Assembly: GCA_040954595.2 (NCBI GenBank)
Contig: CM082592.2
Span: 186,001 to 250,000 of the forward strand
Source: Balanoglossus misakiensis
Taxonomy: Eukaryota; Animalia; Hemichordata
Length of the DNA stretch: 64,000 nucleotides
Reading direction: 5' to 3'
Shown: piece by piece, positions 28,046 through 37,321 of the stretch
How positions within the stretch are numbered: position 1 is the first letter of the stretch
How the letters are laid out: each line of letters begins with the position of its first letter
Made by a program: the position numbers and the translations under genes
The notes under the pieces: model-generated
Told to the model about the DNA's origin: nothing
What the model saw: the letters and a program-made list of their open reading frames with translations, nothing else
Database searches by the model: none

Positions 28046-30022
28046 TTTTGTACACAGTCCTGTTCGCCTGAAATCAGGTCTATAATGTCGCGTAAAAAAA
28101 TGGCCTATTTCGCGACCCTTCAGCGGGGCCCACGGTAACGGCTACATGGTATGAAGTACTTTCCCTCATTAACATATGTTAATGAGTACCATGCGATCTG
28201 ACTGTACAGACACACATACACAACGAGAGATTAACAGGCAAACACTGGCTGACCCATAAGCTGCCAATGGCATGTGTACTGTACACACAGCAAATGGTCT
28301 CTTTATCAGATAGCCAGTTATGAAAACATGCAGTTACCAATCACTGTTATTATTGACAAATTGCATCCAAGTCCAGACCCAGGCTTGAATACAATTTTTA
28401 AACAATAACAACATTGCTTACCCTGCTTCACCGAGCTGAACAAGAAATGATGGTTGATAACAAGCATAATACTGAATAAAAATTCAAAAGTTACAGATAT
28501 AGGACCTTTCGTTGCCCACATATTATATTACCATGGTCTGTGCGTCGCATTTTAATTGGGCAAGATGAACGACATCACTGACCACAAATACCCAGTAATG
28601 GTTTGTTTACATGCCCGTAAATCTGAATAGTAATATTAGCAAATAGTTCAGTGAACACAACATTTTGCATAACACAAGTTCTGGGGCCCCTAGTCTTGTG
28701 TGTGGGACATTTTCATAAATATTGATGGTTTTCTTGAGATTGTTGGTTATGTAATGGAAATAAATGTAGGGCTCGGGCTCTAGGAAAGCCAAATTTCATG
28801 GGCTCAGAAGCCTTGCCCATGAATTTTGGGCTTTCCCCTCGCCCTTGCCCAAAAACAAACGTTAATGGTCAGGGCGTTGTGCATTATTTCTATATTGTGT
28901 TGATCTTACCTGTACACTCTCCATTGACCAATCAATATTCCACAGCACAAGTGCAATAAAAAGAGCCTGCTGTATTCACACACTGGCCTCCACAAAGATC
29001 TGCTCTCTCCATATATTCATTGAGAAAAATCTGAAATCTGAAATCAAAGGTAGTTATTATTAATAAATTTATTATTATTTATTTCCTAACAAAAGTAATA
29101 CACATACATCTCAGTGCATTTTCTACAGAAAATAATAAAATTAGAAAACAAGTGAAAGCTTAAAGGATAAAAATTACACTTAAAAACCCAAACAAACAGA
29201 AACAGTTCTGAAAGACAATCCCTATAAACCAAAAAAGCAATGGAATGAAATAGTGCTGAATAAAAGGACGAGTCTTAAAAACCCCTTTGAAAACTGTCAA
29301 TAGATCCAGCATTGTGGATAGAAGGTGCACAAACACTGAATCCTCTTTAGCCATATGCCTTGTTAAGTTTTGAAATGATCATTCACGGTGATGAGTTATC
29401 AAGAATATACCCGTTAAAAATTACTGTCCCCTCAGAGAAGCATTTTGTAATGAGATGAAAACTATATGAATTTTCTAAGTGTATATTTATTCTTTGCAGA
29501 GGTAATTTACTTAGCTATAGGTTGATAATTTATGTTAATTTCATTGAATTATGCAAATAAGTAGTGAAAATACTTGTACATGAATATATCAGACAGTCTT
29601 ATAGTGTCGTGTGAGGTTGATGACACATATTCTTAACCACATATTTCTTGATCAATTAATTGTGTTTACACCAAAGTCCTCAATATCCATGGCAATCTCT
29701 TCCTAGGAATTTTAACACTCTCTCCAAAATCCCCTGAAACTTGTGTACCCTGTCAGCAAAACTTTGTCTGATTTTTAAAATACAGATTACTTCTTCACCC
29801 TTGCAAACACATTTTCAAAGATAAGTTTTCACATTTGTTAATTTGTTTATATTATGCATAATTATAATTGGAACAATTCTAAGATACAATTTCAACAAAC
29901 ATGTGTTCAGTACAAGTGTGCGGTTGATTACAAATTTTAAAATGTGTGCAATGGATAGACAGGATGTGTGTTTAGCTGATTGTAACCATAGCAATATGCA
30001 ATCCCCAAACAGTGTAGCCACA

Positions 30023-30771
30023 AGTCGCTTGCACACGTGCAATGATTAGGGCGCCCTTTTTGGGATTATAAAAGTTGGTAAACATTTCTTATCAGCGACT
30101 CAAATAGTTTTGCATTCACATGTGTATAAACGGGACGGGATCACCGCACTCAATGCGTCCACAGCAGCGTGGCTAAAGGTCGCAATGGCGGATTCAGTGA
30201 TGTGTTTACTGTATATGTAGCTCTGGACTTATACCCAAACAGCGTATAAGTCCAGAGCTACTGTATATGGTACTCCTGAATTTGCTTTTTAAACGTCGCC
30301 GACGCCGATTTCATGGGCATTTGAATGAACCGATACCGGTTTATGGTAACCTTTCATTGGAGGTTGCGCCTGGAAGTCTGCAGTCCATGCTACTAAATCG
30401 TCGTCGGAGGTCGAGTTTGCAATTCCTTTGTATGTGCCTTGGCCATTTCCGCGTCACTCCAATTGTTGCCTCGAGACACTGCTTCGGCCATTGTTTTAGT
30501 AAAGTGAACCTCAACGCTTAATGCAGCGCTTAATGAGACAAACCGCGTCGGCAGAGTGCGTTTAGATCGGCGTTTAGTGCGGTGTTTCTGTTCACACGTG
30601 ATTTGAATCGCTGTTTAGTGCGGCGCCCCGACCCAGGTCCCACCCCTCAACACCGTCACAAAAAAAGAGCGGCGCAGGGCCGCTCTCACCTTTTCACACG
30701 TGGCACTTACAAATTAACGCCGCCCTAGGGCAGCCGCTGGGGCGGCGTTGACGGCACGTGAGAAAGGCACT
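30023..30771. mobile_element. PIF/Harbinger-like non-autonomous element, copy-2 specific
   Basis: 3-bp ACA TSD at 30020-30022 and 30772-30774. Imperfect TIRs AGTCGCTTGCACACGTGC / GCACGTGAGAAAGGCACT. Remnant LLNLLFKRRRRRF..EPI resembles a Harbinger transposase N-terminus. Empty site at ~11753. Confidence 0.7.
30218..30260. mobile_element. 43-bp TAG..CTA micro-element with 9-bp TSD
   Basis: CTGTATATG|TAGCTCTGGACTTATAC-CCAAACAGC-GTATAAGTCCAGAGCTA|CTGTATATG. Confidence 0.85.
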
Positions 30772-30932
30772 ACAGAAGAGACCAATGTTTAGCTGATTGT
30801 AACCATAGCAATATACAATCCCCAAACAATGTAGCCACAGAAGAGACCAATGTTTAGCTGATTGTAACCATAGCAATATACAATCCCCAAACAATGTAGC
30901 CACAGAAGAGACCAAAATCCACAGTTACATAC

Positions 30933-31055
30933 CGCCACATGCATGGCCATCTTCCAGCAGATAGAATCCTGGTCTGCAAGCGCAGAGATAACTACCATGG
31001 GTATTCATACAACAGTGTTGACATGCATTTCCACCACTGTGACATTCATTCATAT
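30933..31055 (-). CDS. Calcium-binding EGF exon, copy 2
   Basis: Same 123-bp exon. The upstream polypyrimidine tract was lost in a ~850-bp deletion at ~31062. Confidence 0.8.
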
Positions 31056-32716
31056 CTGGAGGGTCAGTTGCAGGTGCATGGCAGTACAATTGACACGATC
31101 CTTTAATTTTACAGTGCAATTATAAGATAATACTTACAAATCCTCCAGACATTATTCTGAAGAGAGATATGTATGCTTCCTGGCTGTTATTCATAAACTG
31201 GAACTCCACAGTGCGTGAGTTTTGAAACATGGCACCAAGTGATTGATGTGGGGAAAAAATTGACTCCAATCACCATCCCTTGTGCAGGCCAAAGATCATG
31301 ATATTGCCCTCGCTAACATGTGTTATTATTTAAATATTTCACCTCTACTTATGCAATGAATTAATGAATACAAAGTGTTGTAGGTCATCCAACACGAGAA
31401 TGTCACTAACAAAATTATCATTGAGTTTCAAATCCCAAGTAACAGTGGACTTATATAGTTTATCACCCAGATGAATTTTTTTATCTAAATCTGCTTCTGT
31501 CGTATAAGGTTGCTTTGTTAAGACATACAAAGGGAAATGATTGCATTGCATGTACACTGTGTGCCTCTGGATGAAAGACCAATCTGTGTACTTCCTTGAT
31601 GGGTACTACCACACGTTGTTCAGCCAAGCTCATAATTTGTGTAATGTGTACCCTCCAAAGATACATCTGGAAGCACCCTAAAAATCAAATCGTTTATCGA
31701 AAAATGCTCACTATCCAACATGATCCAACCACAATAACCCCATTGACCTACAGTCAATTGTTTTAATTAGTTATCTGTATGTGAGCTGTACACACCTCTT
31801 GCCATTCCAAGGCTCCGTGCCAAACAACACTTTTCTGCTGTTGTTGTTGTTGTTGTTTTTGTTGTTGTGGATCAACTTGCTGCTGGTGAGTCAACTTGAT
31901 GCACTTGAGCTGTAGAGGGCACTGGTATGTCCAGATCCATCGGTAGTGAAGTACTGGTATTATCCTGTAATAACACATACAAATCATGACTGTAAATAAT
32001 TCTGTATTATATTATATCATGCTACCGTCCACAATTCTGATTGGATGAGAGCTCAATCCAGCGATGTTAAAATTAAGCAATAAAACACCCCCAGCCATGG
32101 TATACCACGAGATTTTGACCAGTTCACAACATATACGCACGAGCGATAGCGAGTGCGTATATGGAGTTGAACTGATCAAAATCGAGTGGTATACCATGGC
32201 TGGGGGTGTTTTATTGCTATTATATTATGCCGTTATATTGAAACTTTGCATAAAACATTTTAAAAAGGCATTTTCTTTGACTATGATATATGACTGTGGT
32301 ATATTGCTAATATATCACGGTCACGTGTCGTGTCTCGGCCAATCAAATAGCGTGATTTACACCATCAATATACTGGTATAATATAATACTCAATAATGCA
32401 CTGCTGAACTAGCATATGGCAGCAAAAATGTGCGGTTAAACCACAGTCGCGCGTGTTTAAATCAAATAAATAAAACAAAAATACTGTTGAATGAACAGAT
32501 GTTTCATTTTGGAACTGCTCTGTGAAAATATTTGTCACTTTGTCACGCGCGATGCCTGTCTTGTCACTTTTTGTCGTCTGCTTCATGTTTAATGCTCGAC
32601 CCCGGCCGCTCGTGTTTAAATTCATGGTCGTCATGTTAGTTCACGATCGTAATTTCAGTTTCGGTAAGAAAATGACACTGATATGCCACAAAAACAATTG
32701 TTGATATAATATAATG

Positions 32717-32857
32717 GCAATAACCCCCGCCTCAGTCGGGTATACACTTGATTTGGGTACAATTTCCTCCATATAGCACTCGCCTGACGGCTCGTGCTAT
32801 ATGTCTCGAATTGTACCCAAATATCGCGTATACCCGCCTTCAGTGGGGGTTATTGCT
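32717..32857. repeat. Long imperfect palindrome (Crypton-like end)
   Basis: GCAATAACCCCC..ATATAGCACTCGCCTGACGGCTCGTGCTATAT..GGGGGTTATTGC. Confidence 0.65.
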
Positions 32858-33123
32858 TAAATATCAATCACATGATCTGGCCATGTGACACAAAGCATTG
32901 TCATTTCCAGGTAATGGGAAAACAATATTGTGGTATCCCGTATAATATTTTTCCATATGTGTTTATACTTTAGAACCACCAGACAGGTAACATGTATCAG
33001 TCATGGTGCCTCAACAGCATCTTGGCATTCGTCTGCACAGTCGTCATTTGCACCACATTGCTGAAATTCCCCGTTAGCTGGAAATTTGAATGCCAACGGA
33101 ACTGCGTCTGATGTCATTGATAT

Positions 33124-36100
33124 TGTTGTGAATCTGCCCATGACGTCACTGACCCTACCCACCCCTGGGCGGAAGTAGTTCGTTCTCTTTCTGCTATGCT
33201 TCAGATTGAGCAGCATGCCTTCGACTGACCTCCCAAAAGACCTTTAGAAACCGTAGATTAGACGCACTCAGGTGAGACATCGGCGATCACAACATTGGCG
33301 CTGCGAGCCTGTGTTCGAGCCTAGTGTGGGGAAACGCTTTTTTTGATACGCGGGGGAGGGAGAGTGGTGTTTCTGTGTAGTCGGAATCCAGCGATTGCGT
33401 CCGGGTGCGACGTGGGGTTTTTCTGGGCATAGGAAAAACGGGATATCGGGGATTGCCGGGGCCAGAAGACACTGGGCAAACTCTCGGGGACCGCGGGGAT
33501 TTTTAGCGAGGTTTAGGGACGGTACTGGGTAGGTACCGGGGTTTTGGAGGTAGTTTGAGTCAAATTTTCTGCGTTTTTTCCCAAAGCAGCGTGGGCGGAA
33601 ATTCGGCCGCCATCTTGGCACATAGGGCCCATTTCTATTGCTAGAGGGGTCCTCATTACGAAAAACGTGTTTGGGGTTCGGCGCATGCGCAGAGATTTTC
33701 TTTAGCAAGCATTCGAGTTTCTTTTGTGTGGGAGTGAGCTTTTGTGTGTTGGGATTATTCTTGTTAATAAAACAGTTCACTCGTGTAAATCCCACGTGTT
33801 GTGTGAGGGAGTGTGTAGTTAGTTATTAGTTTGTTTAAAGGGCCAATAGATCACATCATGATGGTCTCCAGGGGTCCAGTTTATATCAACACATGTGACC
33901 TCATGACCCTTAAGACCTTGCCAGGGGTAGGTAAAAAAGTGGCAAAGGCAATCTTGAGAGCCAGAAATAGATACGGGAGGGTCTCAAAAGAAATATTAGG
34001 GGGAATCCCTCATCTCAGGCCCACACCTGAATTTCACGAAATGGTGTCCTATGAAATAAGGTGCAGTAGTAGTAGTGATGAGGACCGGCAAACACCGGCC
34101 TGCAGAAATACACGCAAAACGGGGAAATTCCAGGGGCCACCCGAAATCCCAGTTTCAGAGCGGGCTAGCAAAAGTGATCAGTCATCACTGGAGTATGGGA
34201 GGGGAAATAGTACAGGGCCCAAGACAACCCCATATCCCAGGGGAGGGGAGAAAATTGGCCAACATCGAGAATTGGATAGTTGGGGTTACCCTTCCACAGC
34301 AAGTGAGTACTGCAGGGGACCCAGAGACAGGGATAATTTTCACACAACAGAGCAAAGCCGTTACCCAGGGAACCAGGTTGGGGTGTCTCCACCGTATCCA
34401 CCAGACAACTTCCCAAGGTATTTTACCCCACCGCCACCATATCCGATGGGGTTCACACCGCTCCCAGCCAGCCCTTACGAACGCGTGGATTGGCGGTTTC
34501 CCACCGAAAACCGTGGTGGCGCCCCTCCAGTACCGGGGATCCCCTATCCCACGTACTACGGCCCACCATCTCAAACGGGAAACAGCCCTAGCCCATACGC
34601 CCCAGCCAATGCCACCTGGACTCCGATGTATGGGAATGTGCCGCAAAACCACCCTTATGGTGAATCTTCGTTCACAGGCATAAGGCACGGTGGAGGCAGG
34701 GAAGGGCCTGCCTTCGGCTCTAGGATATTTAATACGCCCAAAACTTTAGTTTACACTGGGGAGAGGAAATGGAGCGTGTTTTTTGATAAATTCACCTGTT
34801 ACGCGGATGCCCAGGGTTGGACGGAAAGCGAACGCAAATGTTGCTTGTGCTTTTGCTTAGACGGCGACGCCAGCGAATTTCACTCGACACTGCTCAGGCG
34901 CGAGCGAAATATCAGCTACCAGCGGCTGATCAGTAAGCTTGAAAAGCGTTTTGGGCGCCAAGAATTACCAGAGACCGCGCAGATTAGATTTCGGCAGTCC
35001 CATCAGAAAGAAGGGGAGTCACTCGAAAAATGGGCCGATCGAATCCTGTCCGTCGCGACAAACGCTTTCCCCGATCTGACGGAACGCGCTATGGACCGTC
35101 AGGCAATAATGAGGTTTTGTCAGGGATGCTCCGATCGCGAGGCAGGGCTTTACGTTGCTAACCAACGCGCATCCTCCATGGAAGAGGCCATAGACCAAAT
35201 ACGTTGGTTCCAATATAACAATCGCGAAATCTTCGGCCGCCGAACCTCGCGTCGGGAAGTAGAACGAGTAACATCTGAGACAGATAGCGACGACGAGTTC
35301 ATACGCGTGCGATCAGCCACTCGGGAGCGACCCCCCAGAGATCGGGATTTATCACCCACGGACAGCGGAACGGGCTCGCGGGAGAGGTTTCGAACCCTAC
35401 GTAACCCGAGTCCCAGTCCCGGGATAATTACCCTTAACGAACGAATGACTGAAATGGCCAAAAGTTTAGAGGGTTTGAGAAAGACAGTGGTTGCCCTATC
35501 CCCACGCGAGGCAGGCCGGTCTCGATCACCCTCCCCTAGGGGACGGGAATGCTTTAACTGTGGGGAATCTGGACACTTCCGTAGGGAATGCCCCAAGGGA
35601 AGGGAAAGAGTAACCTCAGATTCCGGGGAGAAACGGGTAACATTCGCTGAGCAGCGGGAAAGGGTCAGACCAGAGGGCCTAAGTTTGACCCAGGAGCCAC
35701 CAAAGGGCCCAATACTCGGAAGAGATGATCCCAAAGTGAAGGAGGGAGGAAATGGAATTGACAGGGTGACAACACGCACTGACACCAAGGGTTGTGCCAA
35801 AATCCGAGAAGAGGGGTCAGGGTGTCAGGCCACTTTAGATACCCACACTGACAATACATTGCAAGGGCACGGGTTCTATCTACACCCTAGGGATGCACGA
35901 ACCGACGAACAGTACAACTCGTCAGGGGAGTCTTTGGACGAACAGGAGTATGATTCCCCGAATTCGGACACTGATGAATCCACAGCGAATGAATTCCCCA
36001 GCGGTGATGACACCCAGCCCATAATTTTATGTCAATTAGTGTCAGGGTCTATGTACAGTGTGCCCATTGCAGTTGAAGAGATTAAAGTACAGGCAGTAGT

Positions 36101-37321
36101 AGACACGGCAGCAGAAGTCACCATCATTTCAGACCGTCTCTATAGCCGTCTTGGGAACCGCCCCCCAGTACTCAAAACCACCATCATGCAAACTGCAGGG
36201 CGTGAAATGGAAATGAAAGCCCATAAAGTAGGTCCTTTGCGCCTGAAGTTGGGGAAGACCAAATTCACAGAGGACGTGTATGTAGCGCCGATAGGTGATG
36301 ACATGTTGCTAGGGGCAGACTTTATGCGGACAAGGAGAGTGATTCTAGATATGCGAAGAAATCAGTTGCGGTTTGACGGTGAAAGTGTACACATGACATA
36401 TGGTCGGCAAGTGACGAAAGGGAAAGTGGCAAAGGTTACATTGCCCAGACGACTGATCCTAAGGCCAGCGCGACATCTACCAAACCCAACTCGCACTGCG
36501 TCCTCGACAGCCACCATCAGGTGCAGCAGGAGGGAGAGAAGCCGTTCCAGCAGGCGCTGGAAATCTCCGGGATCCCGCCCTCGAGTGGAGTCGGCATCGG
36601 TGGAGAGGGTAGAGAAAAGGCCGCCACAGGATGAGCAGGGGAGGCCACCCGAGAAAGCAAGCCCAGAGAGGCCACCTGACCTCTCGGGGACAGTGGAAGG
36701 GCCCCCATCTGGAAAGAAATCAGCAGTGGAAGCCCCAGCGGCACCACGACCACAGTCCCAAGCAAGCGCCGGAAGCCCAGAAGGGAGACGACCCAGTGCG
36801 GCGTCACCAGCCAGGGGACTATCCCAGGCTATAGATACCCACTTCCACTCGGACCGCATGAGAGCCCAGGCTCACCGAAGCGAAGGTGTCACCACTTCCT
36901 GCTTAGGGAGCCGGGGTGGAACGTGGCGGTCGGGCTTCACCCCTAAAAGATAAAGAAACCAACAGGAGGAAGCCCTCCAACAGCTGTTGGAAGAGGCACC
37001 AGAAAAGAAACAAACAGGCCGACCAGTGGGGCATACCCAGTAAAGCCCAGCTGGACATTCTATTTTTGTTATTGTTGTGTTCAATGTTGTGTTATCCCCC
37101 GGTGTTTTGGGGGAAGAAGACGAAGCCCTTCAAAATGTGGTGGGGAAGAGTGTTGTGAATCTGCCCATGACGTCACTGACCCTACCCACCCCTGGGCGGA
37201 AGTAGTTCGTTCTCTTTCTGCTATGCTTCAGATTGAGCAGCATGCCTTCGACTGACCTCCCAAAAGACCTTTAGAAACCGTAGATTAGACGCACTCAGGT
37301 GAGACATCGGCGATCACAACA
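33124..37321 (+). mobile_element. Gypsy-like LTR retroelement lacking RT/RNaseH/integrase
   Basis: Identical 171-bp TG..CA LTRs at 33124-33294 and 37151-37321. ATAT TSD at 33120-33123 and 37322-37325. PBS TGGCGCTGCGAGC at 33296-33308 (tRNA-Ser-like 3' end). Purine-rich tract just before 37151. Confidence 0.95.
33858..36953 (+). CDS. HhH-Gag-CCHC-aspartic protease polyprotein (1031 aa from first ATG)
   Basis: N-term YINTCDLMTLKTLPGVGKKVAKAILRAR (HhH). Capsid-like YTGERKWSVFFDKF..LDGDA..LEKRFG..Q..GESLEKW. CFNCGESGHFRREC at 35550-35591. AVVDTAAEVTII at ~36102 and MLLGADFM. No YxDD or integrase motifs. Confidence 0.9.
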   Translation: MMVSRGPVYINTCDLMTLKTLPGVGKKVAKAILRARNRYGRVSKEILGGIPHLRPTPEFHEMVSYEIRCSSSSDEDRQTPACRNTRKTGKFQGPPEIPVSERASKSDQSSLEYGRGNSTGPKTTPYPRGGEKIGQHRELDSWGYPSTASEYCRGPRDRDNFHTTEQSRYPGNQVGVSPPYPPDNFPRYFTPPPPYPMGFTPLPASPYERVDWRFPTENRGGAPPVPGIPYPTYYGPPSQTGNSPSPYAPANATWTPMYGNVPQNHPYGESSFTGIRHGGGREGPAFGSRIFNTPKTLVYTGERKWSVFFDKFTCYADAQGWTESERKCCLCFCLDGDASEFHSTLLRRERNISYQRLISKLEKRFGRQELPETAQIRFRQSHQKEGESLEKWADRILSVATNAFPDLTERAMDRQAIMRFCQGCSDREAGLYVANQRASSMEEAIDQIRWFQYNNREIFGRRTSRREVERVTSETDSDDEFIRVRSATRERPPRDRDLSPTDSGTGSRERFRTLRNPSPSPGIITLNERMTEMAKSLEGLRKTVVALSPREAGRSRSPSPRGRECFNCGESGHFRRECPKGRERVTSDSGEKRVTFAEQRERVRPEGLSLTQEPPKGPILGRDDPKVKEGGNGIDRVTTRTDTKGCAKIREEGSGCQATLDTHTDNTLQGHGFYLHPRDARTDEQYNSSGESLDEQEYDSPNSDTDESTANEFPSGDDTQPIILCQLVSGSMYSVPIAVEEIKVQAVVDTAAEVTIISDRLYSRLGNRPPVLKTTIMQTAGREMEMKAHKVGPLRLKLGKTKFTEDVYVAPIGDDMLLGADFMRTRRVILDMRRNQLRFDGESVHMTYGRQVTKGKVAKVTLPRRLILRPARHLPNPTRTASSTATIRCSRRERSRSSRRWKSPGSRPRVESASVERVEKRPPQDEQGRPPEKASPERPPDLSGTVEGPPSGKKSAVEAPAAPRPQSQASAGSPEGRRPSAASPARGLSQAIDTHFHSDRMRAQAHRSEGVTTSCLGSRGGTWRSGFTPKR

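Larger units (their letters stand above)
20605..28204 (-). mobile_element. AcademX-type DNA transposon, full length but degenerate (copy 2), with an OTU domain
   Basis: 32-bp TIRs CAGTCAGATCGCA..CATATG (4 mismatches) at 20605-20636 and 28173-28204. TACA TSD at 20601-20604 and 28205-28208. Broken minus-strand ORFs in order: Cys-rich N-term, SIDNID/HGT, OTU, VGDGKT..DWH, ALDEAHE, XPG-like HEEAD..DTD..GCD, C-terminal CGC..CGPACQCNDCSNP. YAG termini, 3-4 bp TSD and DDE+XPG+Cys architecture fit AcademX. Confidence 0.85.

Noticed and set aside
33876-34016. Bacterial comEA gene or contamination
   Set aside because: The HhH is in frame with Gag inside an LTR element with a TSD in animal DNA.
33268-37158. 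Antisense and alternate-frame ORFs in the LTR element
   Set aside because: Expected shadows of a GC-rich long ORF, with no recognisable motifs.
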